64,000 nt of DNA from Candidatus Saccharimonadota bacterium (lineage in GTDB: Bacteria; Patescibacteriota; Saccharimonadia; Saccharimonadales; UBA10212), in the NCBI GenBank assembly GCA_022841445.1, contig JALHRM010000003.1, positions 343 through 64,342 of the forward strand, written 5' to 3'. The notes under the pieces are model-generated. The model was not told the DNA's origin and made no database searches. It saw nothing but the letters and a program-made list of their open reading frames with translations. The stretch's first letter is position 1; every line of letters begins with the position of its first letter. Of this stretch, positions 1 through 9,414 are shown in pieces. A program made the position numbers and the translations under genes.

Positions 1-2
1 CT

Positions 3-3000
3 TCGTCGACAACCAACGTTAATGTTGGCAGTACGATTGCCGGAACTACGACGCTACAGTCGGCCGGCGGTGTTATTGTTTCAGCACTCGCCACCGCAGA
101 TACGTCAACATACCTATGCCGAAATTCAACGAATCGAATAGCAACTTGTACGGCAGGTGCAAATACTCTCCAAGCAGCATATGATGCAGACGCCGATGGT
201 AGCGATAGTGTTATCGCTCTCACGACAGCTGATGATGGTCTTGTCATCCGCAATCCTAGTTCAGGGGGAAGTGACAGCACTTATAACCTAACTATCGATC
301 AGTTGTCGACTGGTGCTCGTGGTGGGCTAAGCATTCAATCCGCTGGAACAGGCAACCTGTTGCTTGTTACTGATACAACCGCTACAGCTCGCGATGTGCT
401 CGCTATTGCCGACGGGGGAGCTGCTACCTTTAGGAATCAGACTGATTCGACTTCTGCCTTTGGTATCCAAAACGCTGCCGGGACCTCTCTCCTCACTGCC
501 GATACTACTAATCTAGATATTGCTGTTAACGGTCGCCTTGCAGCGACCAAGTCAACTGCTATAAATCAGGACTGGACAAAGATCTCCGGCACCGCCGGCA
601 CCATCGGCGGCAACGGTACCGGCATTGATGGTATGCAAACAGCTGCAGTCTACAACGGTGCACTCTATTTCGGAATAGAAGTGACGGATGCGGCTGCGAT
701 CTACCGCTATGATGCCAACGGAGTATGGACGAGCGTTTCTGGCACTGCCGGCACAGTCGGTGGTGGAGCCACAACCGGTATTGATGGTATACGCGACATG
801 GTCGTTCACAATGGCCAGTTATTTGTTGGCACCGACAAAGCAAATGAAGCCGAAGTCTACCGTTACGACGGTGGCAGCAGTTGGACAAAGATCTCCGGCA
901 CCGCCGGCACCATTGGTGGCAACCCCACTGGCAGCATCAATCGCGCCAATACATTGATCAGTTACAACGGTTCACTGTATGTAGGAACAGAAGAAGCCGA
1001 CAGCGCCGAAGTCTACCGTTACGACGGTGGCAGCAGTTGGACAAAGATCTCCGGCACCGCCGGCACCATTGGTGGCAACCCCACCACACTTATCAATTCC
1101 GTAAAAAGCATGGCTGTGTATAGTGGCTCGCTCTACTTAGGAACCCAGGAATCAAACTCCGCCGAAGTCTACCGTTACGACGGTGGCAGCAGTTGGACAA
1201 AGATCTCCGGCACCGCCGGCACCATTGGTGGCAACCCCACCACTACCATTACGGCGGTGAGCGATCTTGCATCGCATAACGGCAATCTATATGCCGGTAC
1301 CAACAAGACCGACCAGGCCGAAGTCTACCGCTACGATAGCGGTACGACGTGGACTCGGGTCAGCCATACTACTGCCGGAACGATTGTTAGCGGTGGTACT
1401 TCAAGTGTGGATGCTGCCAATGAGTTAGAAGTCGTCAATGGTAGCCTTTACCTTGGAACGTATACGACCAACAGTCAGGGCGAAGCGTACCGCTATGACA
1501 ATGCCGTCGGAGCCTGGACAAAAATCTCTCAAACTACCGCTGGTACCGTTGCAGCGAGCGGGACTGCCAATATAGATGAGATTCAACGACTGGTTGGATT
1601 CGGTGGCTCGCTCTACGCTGGAAGTTTCGAAACAGATGGTGCAGAGGTATACCGTTATGGCGACAACACCCTCGAAGCCCGCTCCACCGAAACCCTCGGT
1701 ACCTTCAGCTTGTCTGGCACTGGTACTGCTTCATTCCAGAACTCTACTAACTCTACTATTGCATTCGATGTCCAAAATGCTGGCGGAGCATCACTATTCA
1801 ACATTGATTCCACCAATGCAGGCAACATTACCCTGCTTGGTGGTAATAGCGGAGAGACGAGTGCATGGCAGATCAATGCCAGTGGTCTGACCACAGCTCT
1901 CAGGGAAAGTTCAACGGTTACCGCCAATGGCTATGTATATATGTTAGGCGGAGTGAACGGTAGTAATGTGGGCGTCACGACCGTCTCCTACGCCAAAATA
2001 AATGCCAATGGCTCGATTGGCAGCTTTACTGCTACCAGCAGTCTGCCATCGGTTCGTACCGGGCACACTTCGGTAGTTGCCAACGGTTACATTTATGTAC
2101 TTGGTGGTCTGGACGCCGAAGCCGGTACCCCACAAGCAACTTCCTATTACGCCAAGATTAATACTGACGGCACCCTCGGTAGCTGGACAATTACGACCAG
2201 CCTTAGTGCAGCTACCGCTCACCATTCCAGTGTCGTCGCCAATGGCTATGTCTATGTCATCGGTGGTCGCAACACCGGCTCAACGCTCACCATATCCACC
2301 GTTTCGTATGCTAAGCTCAACGCCGACGGCACCATCGGTGCCTGGAGTGCCACCTCTAGCCTTGTTACTACTACCGGACTGGCCGCTGCCAGTATTGCTA
2401 ACGGCTACGTTTATATACTAGGTGGTCGTTCCGACACTGCGACTACTGGTGGCCGACAAAACGTCCAGTATGCTGCGCTCAACCCTAACGGTACTGTCGG
2501 AACTTGGACGGATGTTGCTAGTGCCTTGCCGGCTGCCCGAGCAGTACTGACATCAGCTGTTCAAAATGGCTACCTGTACGCCATCGGCGGACGCTTAAGC
2601 GGGACATCAAACACGACCGTCTATTACGCCCAACTTAATGCCAATGGGAGCTTTGGTAACTTTGCCACATCTGCCAATGCACTCCCCGAAGGCCGCGATG
2701 CCCACACAACTATTGCTGCCAATGGCTACCTCTATGCGCTGGGCGGTGAACTCAGTAACACAGAAGCCAGTACCATCTACTACACTTCCACCTCACGAGT
2801 AAGTATTGGCGGCAGTCTAGACTTAGTTGGATTGTCGGGTGAGAACTTGAGCGATGGCGGTGGTGGCAGTCTTACTGCTGGTGATACAGCGATTGTTGGT
2901 ACCTTGAACGTTCAGGAACAGGCTAATTTCTGGGATGCCGTATATGTGGCCAGCGACCTAAGCATCGGCAATAGCCTTGAAGTTACTGGACAGCTTCGCT

Positions 3001-6000
3001 CAGCCGCTATAGGTGATCTTACGCAGGCTGAAGGTGGTGGTGCTGGGCCAGACTCGGTTGCTATCAAGGGCAAATATGCTTATGTGACAAGTTATGATGG
3101 TGACCTGCTTCAAATCGTCGATATTACTGATCCAACCAACCCTGATGATGTCAGTAACGTGACCGTTGGCGATGCACCCGAATCAGTGGCGGTGCAGGGT
3201 AACTATGCATATGTCGGTACAACCGGTATTCCGGGATCGCTCGTAGTGGTTGATATAAGCAACCCATCATCACCAAGAGTCGTTAGTTCGATTAATGCCG
3301 GTACCGATCCATTCCATGTGCAGGTGCAGGGCAGCTATGCCTACGTGTTAAGTCAAAACAGCGACGGAATAAATGTTTTCGATGTTTCAAACCCAAGTGC
3401 ACCGGTACTCGTAAGTACATTCACAACGAGCGTTAATGGCCCACAAGATGCCTACATACAGGGCAATTATATGTATGTTGCCAATAATGATGGTCAAAAC
3501 CTGCAGGCTATTGATATCTCCAATCCTCGAGCGCTGGCTCATGTTGGATCGGTAGGCTTTGCCACTTTGCCACTGTCAGTAGTTGTATCGGGCAGCTACG
3601 CCTATGTCACCGATGAGACTACATTGATGTATGTGGTCGACATCAGTAACCCTGCAAGCATGTCATCACTGGGCAGTTATTTCGCTGACGCTGATATCGA
3701 AGACATGGTGCTACAGGGTCGCTACATCTATGGAGTGAGCAACCAGGGGGCGACGAGCAAGCTGTACGCCTACGACATTACCAACCCAACAACTCCGGAA
3801 GATGTCATGAACATCCCAGTTGGCACAAACCCGTATCATTTGGCAGTCAGTGGCAGGTATGCGTATGTCACCAGCTACACCAGCGATTTGTTGCAGGTGT
3901 TTGATCTTGGTGGCGGCTATGTACAACAACTTGAAGCCGGTGGTTTGCAGGCAACAACAATTAACGTCCAAGATGTTTTGGTGAATAATCGGCTTGATGT
4001 TGGCGGTAGCATAAGTGTCGGCACCAACTTAAGTGTCGGCGGTAATTTATCTATTGGGCGTATTGCCAGCAATATTTTGCCAGCAGCTGCAGCTACAACA
4101 TCGGCAACCAGTGCGGTAACTACCACACTTGATAGCGCCAACGATGTCGGTAACCAGGGTAGTATGAAACTTGGCTCTGACGGTATGCCAATAATCGCGC
4201 ACCACGACGAAACTAACGGTACGCTCCGCATAACGCACTGCTCGACAAGTTCGTGTAGCTCGTCAACAACCGTTACTGCTTATGATACCGCTAATGATGT
4301 CGGTGAATTCCCCGATATAGCTATTGGCAAAGACGGCCTTCCAGTTATCAGTTTCTATGATCGTACAGCGGGCGATCTGTATTCACTGAAATGTACAAAT
4401 GCTACTTGTACTGGTAGCTATATCACGACGTTACTTGAATCGGCTACTAATGCTGGCGGACAAAGCTCAATCGCTGTTGCTCCAGACGGTCTGCCAATCA
4501 TTGCTTTCCTAGATGACACCAATGACAACCTAATGACGCTTAAGTGTAGTAATGTGGCATGTAGTGATACTACGGGAGACACACTGACCACCGTTGAATC
4601 AACAGGGGTTGTCGGTTTTGATCCAGACATTGTCATTGCACCTGATGGCCTGCCTTTCATCGCTCATTATGATTTCACAGGTAACCTTAATCTAAGGACA
4701 GTAAAGTGTGGAAACGCAACTTGCTCATCAGGAAACGTTGTTAACGCACCTGATACCACAAACGATGTTGGTAATCGTCCAGCGGTTGCTATTGGTTCCG
4801 ACGGTCTGCCGATAATCGCCCACCACGATGATACTAACGGTGACTTACGAGTTACCAAATGTGCCGACATAGACTGCAACGTAAGCAGTACCAGCACGCT
4901 TGATTCGACTAATGATGTCGGCGATCAGGCCTCAATAACTATTGGTGCTGACGGTTACCCGCTGATTGTTTACCGTGAAGAAGTTTCTGGCGCAGATCAT
5001 GATGTGAGGGCTATGAAATGTACATCGCTCGACTGTGTTTCAAACACTACGACAGATGTTTACAGTAGCGGAGTTTCCGGCGGTTCAACACAAGTAATAT
5101 TCGGCACAGACGGCTTGCCCGTTGTGTCATTCCAGGATGGTAGCGGTGACGACTTGCTCGCGGTGCGCTGTGGAAACACATCATGTAGCGGCTCCGGTAC
5201 AGCGCTGAGCGGTGGTATTCAACTTGGTTCATCGAGCGTGCCGGTTCAAACCGCTTACATAGGTAACTTGCAAACTGGATCAGCTGCTGAATCTCTAACA
5301 CTCGGTACTAATGGCGTTACTCGACTAACTGTAGATACGTCAGGCAATAGTACGTTTCGGGGTAATATCTTAGCCGCTAGTTCACCAACTTCATCATCTA
5401 CTACTCGCACGCAAACCAGCATTACTGATGCTAATACCGTTGGACAGTGGAGCTCAATTATAATTGGTACCGACGGCTTACCAGTCATTTCTTATTATGA
5501 TCAGAGCGGCGGCGATCTGGCGGTTCTGAAATGTGGAAACGCCGCTTGCACATCTGGCAATACTTCAACCAAAATTTCTGATGGCGGTGGAGATACATGG
5601 GGCCAATGGACATCGATTGCCATAGGCTCAGACGGCTATCCGATTATTTCGCACTACAACTCGACCGATACAGACCTAGCGATTACTAAGTGTAGCAATG
5701 CCAGCTGTAGTTCGAATTCGACTACCAAGTTTGCCGACGGCCTCTATGCTGATGCTCAAGCAAGAGGCACCTATTCGGCTATTACGATAGGTGATGATGG
5801 CTTACCAATAGTGGTTTATAACCAAGACGATGGTGTTTCAGACCGCGATCCGTTTGTCGTCCAATGTACTACCACATCATGCACTGCTCTCGCTAACTAC
5901 ACAGCCATAAATGATGCTGGCGAAAGCCATGGTAGTTTTGCCGACGTTACTATCGGCTCCGACGGCTTGCCGGTGGCGGTTTACCGTAACGCAACTGACC

Positions 6001-7361
6001 AGGCCATTGCAGTAACTCGCTGTACGTTGGCAGATTGCTCAACAACCGCAACACAGGCGAATGTCTATGACACTGCCCAAAACATCGCTCTTGACATGTC
6101 GATCGCAATCAGCCCCGACGGTTATCCAGTGATAAGCGGTCATAATAACGCCACGTTTGACCTGACCGTCACAAAGTGTACGGCTGTCGATTGTAGCACT
6201 TCATCGAGTACTGAAATTGGCGATGGTGGTGGTGATCAAATCGGGTTCTGGTCGTCAATCGCCATCAGTACCGACGGCTATCCGATTATCTCATCAGAAA
6301 ACAGAACTGACAGTGATCTGCATATCATTAAGTGTGGTAATGCAACTTGTACTTCCGGCAATACAACTACTAACCTCGGAACGGTTGACACCGATTTCTA
6401 CACATCAATTGCTATCGGAGCTGATGGTTTACCGGTTATTTCTCACTGGGACTTTACGACCGTCAACAACTTAGCAGTTACAAAATGTGCAGATATTACT
6501 TGTAGTTTGGCGAACTCGTCAACATCCAGTGGTGGTTATAACATAGGTAGTTCAACCAACTACTTCAACAATATCTACGCCAACCAGTACTACGGCAAGA
6601 ACTTCAGTATTGCTAATTTCGACCTTGCCGAGGAATACGCAGTTGAGGATTTGTCACTGGCCGCGGGAGAGATCGTGGCGCTAAACCCAGCTAGCGGTAA
6701 ACTAAAACGAGCAACTTTGAGCGAACGCCAGAACATCATGGGAATTGTTTCGACAAGTCCTGGTTTGGCATTGCGTGACTACGAAGCAAATCGTACGGAT
6801 ACACGACTGATTGCTTTAGTCGGTCGTGTCCCACTTAAAGTGAAAGGCCCAGTCGCCATCGGTGATCCAATCACCATTTCAGAAACTGACGGCGTCGGTA
6901 TAAGGGCTGACTCTGCTGGGTTAATTGTTGGTCGGGCGCTGCAGTCTACCCAAAGCGACGGTACAGTTGATGTGTTTGTTCAGACCCAGTACTACGTTCC
7001 GTCAGTTGAACTCCAGGGTATCAGTTTCAGTAAGTTCCAGGATCTGCTTATCGGTGGGGAACTACAGGCCGAATCATTGGTAGTGAACACAGTTGCTACG
7101 TTCAAGAGCGGTATTATTATCTTTGGCCACATCACTGGCAACGATGATACTCGGGGCACTGTCACTTTGTTGGCGGGTCAAAGTAGCATCACAAAACCAT
7201 TCAACACTGCCTACCTGACGCCGCCGACGGTCGTTGCTTCACCAACCATAAACACTGGCGGTAACAATTTCTGGGTAGTAAAAACCGAAAACGACTTCAC
7301 TATCTATGTTGCCAACCCAACTACTAGTAACATAACTTTCGATTATCTCATCCAGCAGTAG
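3..7361 (+). CDS. Giant multi-repeat cell-surface protein, 5'-truncated (at least 2,352 aa in the window). Order of regions: beta-helix-like N-terminal repeats, a 52-aa WTKISGTAGTIGG/EVYRYDGG repeat, Kelch blades (ANGYVYVLGG), LVIVD blades, 14 copies of a ~50-aa Cys-pair repeat, and an orphan C-terminal domain.
   Basis: The frame beginning at nt 3 has no stop, so the gene continues upstream of the window and the TTG at 303 is not the true start. The translated sequence shows recognisable Kelch and LVIVD periodicities. The ORF is long, uninterrupted, and low in hydrophobic segments apart from its repeats. Confidence 0.85.
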   Translation, partial: SSTTNVNVGSTIAGTTTLQSAGGVIVSALATADTSTYLCRNSTNRIATCTAGANTLQAAYDADADGSDSVIALTTADDGLVIRNPSSGGSDSTYNLTIDQLSTGARGGLSIQSAGTGNLLLVTDTTATARDVLAIADGGAATFRNQTDSTSAFGIQNAAGTSLLTADTTNLDIAVNGRLAATKSTAINQDWTKISGTAGTIGGNGTGIDGMQTAAVYNGALYFGIEVTDAAAIYRYDANGVWTSVSGTAGTVGGGATTGIDGIRDMVVHNGQLFVGTDKANEAEVYRYDGGSSWTKISGTAGTIGGNPTGSINRANTLISYNGSLYVGTEEADSAEVYRYDGGSSWTKISGTAGTIGGNPTTLINSVKSMAVYSGSLYLGTQESNSAEVYRYDGGSSWTKISGTAGTIGGNPTTTITAVSDLASHNGNLYAGTNKTDQAEVYRYDSGTTWTRVSHTTAGTIVSGGTSSVDAANELEVVNGSLYLGTYTTNSQGEAYRYDNAVGAWTKISQTTAGTVAASGTANIDEIQRLVGFGGSLYAGSFETDGAEVYRYGDNTLEARSTETLGTFSLSGTGTASFQNSTNSTIAFDVQNAGGASLFNIDSTNAGNITLLGGNSGETSAWQINASGLTTALRESSTVTANGYVYMLGGVNGSNVGVTTVSYAKINANGSIGSFTATSSLPSVRTGHTSVVANGYIYVLGGLDAEAGTPQATSYYAKINTDGTLGSWTITTSLSAATAHHSSVVANGYVYVIGGRNTGSTLTISTVSYAKLNADGTIGAWSATSSLVTTTGLAAASIANGYVYILGGRSDTATTGGRQNVQYAALNPNGTVGTWTDVASALPAARAVLTSAVQNGYLYAIGGRLSGTSNTTVYYAQLNANGSFGNFATSANALPEGRDAHTTIAANGYLYALGGELSNTEASTIYYTSTSRVSIGGSLDLVGLSGENLSDGGGGSLTAGDTAIVGTLNVQEQANFWDAVYVASDLSIGNSLEVTGQLRSAAIGDLTQAEGGGAGPDSVAIKGKYAYVTSYDGDLLQIVDITDPTNPDDVSNVTVGDAPESVAVQGNYAYVGTTGIPGSLVVVDISNPSSPRVVSSINAGTDPFHVQVQGSYAYVLSQNSDGINVFDVSNPSAPVLVSTFTTSVNGPQDAYIQGNYMYVANNDGQNLQAIDISNPRALAHVGSVGFATLPLSVVVSGSYAYVTDETTLMYVVDISNPASMSSLGSYFADADIEDMVLQGRYIYGVSNQGATSKLYAYDITNPTTPEDVMNIPVGTNPYHLAVSGRYAYVTSYTSDLLQVFDLGGGYVQQLEAGGLQATTINVQDVLVNNRLDVGGSISVGTNLSVGGNLSIGRIASNILPAAAATTSATSAVTTTLDSANDVGNQGSMKLGSDGMPIIAHHDETNGTLRITHCSTSSCSSSTTVTAYDTANDVGEFPDIAIGKDGLPVISFYDRTAGDLYSLKCTNATCTGSYITTLLESATNAGGQSSIAVAPDGLPIIAFLDDTNDNLMTLKCSNVACSDTTGDTLTTVESTGVVGFDPDIVIAPDGLPFIAHYDFTGNLNLRTVKCGNATCSSGNVVNAPDTTNDVGNRPAVAIGSDGLPIIAHHDDTNGDLRVTKCADIDCNVSSTSTLDSTNDVGDQASITIGADGYPLIVYREEVSGADHDVRAMKCTSLDCVSNTTTDVYSSGVSGGSTQVIFGTDGLPVVSFQDGSGDDLLAVRCGNTSCSGSGTALSGGIQLGSSSVPVQTAYIGNLQTGSAAESLTLGTNGVTRLTVDTSGNSTFRGNILAASSPTSSSTTRTQTSITDANTVGQWSSIIIGTDGLPVISYYDQSGGDLAVLKCGNAACTSGNTSTKISDGGGDTWGQWTSIAIGSDGYPIISHYNSTDTDLAITKCSNASCSSNSTTKFADGLYADAQARGTYSAITIGDDGLPIVVYNQDDGVSDRDPFVVQCTTTSCTALANYTAINDAGESHGSFADVTIGSDGLPVAVYRNATDQAIAVTRCTLADCSTTATQANVYDTAQNIALDMSIAISPDGYPVISGHNNATFDLTVTKCTAVDCSTSSSTEIGDGGGDQIGFWSSIAISTDGYPIISSENRTDSDLHIIKCGNATCTSGNTTTNLGTVDTDFYTSIAIGADGLPVISHWDFTTVNNLAVTKCADITCSLANSSTSSGGYNIGSSTNYFNNIYANQYYGKNFSIANFDLAEEYAVEDLSLAAGEIVALNPASGKLKRATLSERQNIMGIVSTSPGLALRDYEANRTDTRLIALVGRVPLKVKGPVAIGDPITISETDGVGIRADSAGLIVGRALQSTQSDGTVDVFVQTQYYVPSVELQGISFSKFQDLLIGGELQAESLVVNTVATFKSGIIIFGHITGNDDTRGTVTLLAGQSSITKPFNTAYLTPPTVVASPTINTGGNNFWVVKTENDFTIYVANPTTSNITFDYLIQQ
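849..1240 (+). repeat. Three identical 80-bp direct repeats (849-928, 1005-1084, 1161-1240; period 156 bp) that encode successive 52-aa repeat units of the giant protein.
   Basis: The exact string gccgaagtctaccgttacgacggtggcagcagttggacaaagatctccggcaccgccggcaccattggtggcaaccccac is read three times. A partial fourth copy lies near 579-620. Confidence 0.9.
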
Positions 7362-7421
7362 CTTTACCCGGAGTGTACCCATTTGTAACGATAAGCGTGT
7401 TTGTGGTAGTCTGGTTAGGTA

Positions 7422-7925
7422 ATGGGCAAGATAAAAAAGCTCGGAGTGTATCTGTTAATGTTTACCATTGTCGGGATGGTTGGCGGAGGCACGGCCTGGT
7501 ACCAATACGGCAGGGAAGAGCCGTTGCCTGATGATGTCGCTGATCAACTTAGCTTTGCCCCATATAAAATTATCAGCACCGACGACGTAAAACCGGTCAA
7601 ACCAGTCAATTATGATTCCAATGTGCAACTGCTTACCTACCAATTAAGTGTTAAAGGCATCAAGGTAGTGGTGAGTCAGCAGCCGATCCCGGCAAATTTT
7701 AAAGAAGTCGAAAATCCGTTCGAGCAGTTATCTAAACAAATGAATGTCGAACAGTATTTTAAAAGTAAGAACGGGGTAGTGAGTATCACCTATCCAAACG
7801 GCCCAAATGCCCAGCAAACGGCACTGCTGAATAACGACAAAGCACTGTTGTTGGCACGACCAGACAAAAACTTAACGGTCAGTGAGTGGAAAGAACTTTT
7901 TGCCAGTTTTAGCGTAGAAAAATAG
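7422..7925 (+). CDS. Small secreted or membrane-anchored hypothetical protein (167 aa) with an N-terminal TM/signal helix.
   Basis: Clean ORF immediately downstream of the giant gene. The N-terminus has a hydrophobic stretch (LGVYLLMFTIVGMVGGG). Confidence 0.5.
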   Translation: MGKIKKLGVYLLMFTIVGMVGGGTAWYQYGREEPLPDDVADQLSFAPYKIISTDDVKPVKPVNYDSNVQLLTYQLSVKGIKVVVSQQPIPANFKEVENPFEQLSKQMNVEQYFKSKNGVVSITYPNGPNAQQTALLNNDKALLLARPDKNLTVSEWKELFASFSVEK

Positions 7926-7942
7926 CGATAAGGATATGCTTT

Positions 7943-8563
7943 GTGGGTCAAACTCGTAAAACATCGCACCGCCCCAAGTCCGCATCTCAACATAATAAAA
8001 AACGTACAACTTCGCGCCCAAAATCTATTTCTAAACTGATATCTCGTCACAAATTGGCTTTTACGGGGCTTAATTTACTGGTGGCTGCAGCCATATTCTC
8101 AAATATTTTTGCACCAGACATGAAACCATCGAGCGTTATACGGGTCGAAGCCCAATCCATTAGTGAAGTTAACCTTGATGATCCGGTGAACGAAGGGCCT
8201 GTTGCCGACGATACGTCGGTCAATCAAGGAGACATCCTCACTAACGAAAGTGCGTCGGTGACACCAGGGGTGGGGAGTGGGAGTGTCAATAGTGACGGTT
8301 TGGCAGAGTTACAAGAAATCGAAACTCTGAATACATCTGAAAAGCTGGAAATAGATGACACTGGTGCTGGCGAGACTACATCTGATACCAACCTGATTGG
8401 CGGCTCTGCTGGACTAACCACCTATAGTGCATTGGTGAGTGATCTTGATATGAAGGAAAAACTAGTACTTGCATATGCAGTAATGTCGTTCATATTTTTC
8501 ACCGGAGCAACAGCTTATTTCGTTATACGTCAGGAGCTGTGGTTTTTATCACCCAAGCGCTAG
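7943..8563 (+). CDS. Hypothetical membrane protein (206 aa). It has a basic N-terminus, an internal TM, an acidic Ser/Thr-rich segment and a C-terminal TM.
   Basis: ORF with two predicted TM helices (LNLLVAAAIFSNIF and LVLAYAVMSFIFFTGATAYFVI). Confidence 0.45.
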   Translation: MGQTRKTSHRPKSASQHNKKRTTSRPKSISKLISRHKLAFTGLNLLVAAAIFSNIFAPDMKPSSVIRVEAQSISEVNLDDPVNEGPVADDTSVNQGDILTNESASVTPGVGSGSVNSDGLAELQEIETLNTSEKLEIDDTGAGETTSDTNLIGGSAGLTTYSALVSDLDMKEKLVLAYAVMSFIFFTGATAYFVIRQELWFLSPKR

Positions 8564-8650
8564 ACTTGCGCCATCCCAACCGGTGGTCTCGCTTGGCTTT
8601 AAGGGGCGGACTTTGATAAGCTTAAGCATAGCAGGGATTTAAATACACAC

Positions 8651-9412
8651 ATGGCAAAACGTATCATAGCAGTCATAAACCAAAAGGGCGGTGTTGGAAA
8701 AACGACGAGCGTGATTAATATTGCTGCTGGTTTAGCCAGTGCAAATAAACGAGTACTAGTCTGTGACCTTGACCCACAAGGAAACGCTACGAGCGGACTA
8801 GGTATAGACAAACAGCAGCTAATCACAACATTGTACGACGTACTATTTTCACGTGCCGAGGCAATGGCAGTTATCCAACCGCTACGTATCAATAATTTGT
8901 TTATATTGCCAAGTAATTCTCAGCTGGCAGCTGCAGAAGTTGAACTTGTGCCGATTGAATCGCGCGAGTTTGCCTTAAAGAAAGTTCTTGAACCACTTGC
9001 GTTTGACTACATTCTGATTGACTGTCCGCCGTCCCTTGGACTGCTGACAATTAACGCTCTGACGGCAGCTGACGATGTTATCATTCCGCTGCAGACCGAA
9101 TACTATGCGCTTGAAGGGTTAGGGCAACTACTCGATGTTATGCAGATGATTCGCCAAAACATCAATCCAACCCTGGAACTCCTTGGAGTGCTGCTTACTA
9201 TGTATGATCGTCGCAATTCACTATCTGAACAGGTAAAACACGAAGCGCAGCGGCATTTTGGCGACAAGGTATTTCACACCACAATACCGCGCAACGTTCG
9301 TCTTGCAGAAGCACCAAGCTTTGGTAAAACAATCTATGAGCATGATAAATGGAGCAAAGGTTCACGAGCTTACAAAGCGCTAGTAAAGGAACTGGAAAAG
9401 AGGATAATGTAA
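8651..9412 (+). CDS. parA: Chromosome partitioning ATPase ParA/Soj.
   Basis: Deviant Walker A motif KGGVGKTT at the N-terminus (MAKRIIAVINQKGGVGKTTSVINIAAGLA). Length 253 aa, typical for ParA. Confidence 0.92.
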   Translation: MAKRIIAVINQKGGVGKTTSVINIAAGLASANKRVLVCDLDPQGNATSGLGIDKQQLITTLYDVLFSRAEAMAVIQPLRINNLFILPSNSQLAAAEVELVPIESREFALKKVLEPLAFDYILIDCPPSLGLLTINALTAADDVIIPLQTEYYALEGLGQLLDVMQMIRQNINPTLELLGVLLTMYDRRNSLSEQVKHEAQRHFGDKVFHTTIPRNVRLAEAPSFGKTIYEHDKWSKGSRAYKALVKELEKRIM

Positions 9413-9414
9413 CT

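Noticed and set aside
849-1240. Possibility that the regularly spaced identical repeats are a CRISPR array.
   Set aside because: The repeats are 80 bp, in-frame and coding, with 76-bp protein-coding spacers of similar sequence. They have no CRISPR-like repeat length, no palindromic character and no cas genes.
552-5488. Numerous 60-110 codon ORFs antisense or out-of-frame to the giant gene (for example 552-809 -, 559-888 -, 881-1123 +, 3711-3971 -, 4418-4660 -).
   Set aside because: They lie wholly inside a 7-kb uninterrupted, repeat-structured coding frame. Their low-complexity Arg/Cys/His-rich translations are typical of frame artefacts. The 881-1123 ORF merely re-reads the 80-bp DNA repeat.
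6546-7361. C-terminal domain of the giant protein as a phage tail-fibre S74 intramolecular-chaperone/autoprotease.
   Set aside because: I could not find the conserved Ser-Lys dyad motif (S-D-x-R-x-K-type) that I expect for that family.
8599-8892. Minus-strand 97-aa ORF overlapping the parA start.
   Set aside because: Antisense to the strongly supported parA N-terminus, with no features of its own.
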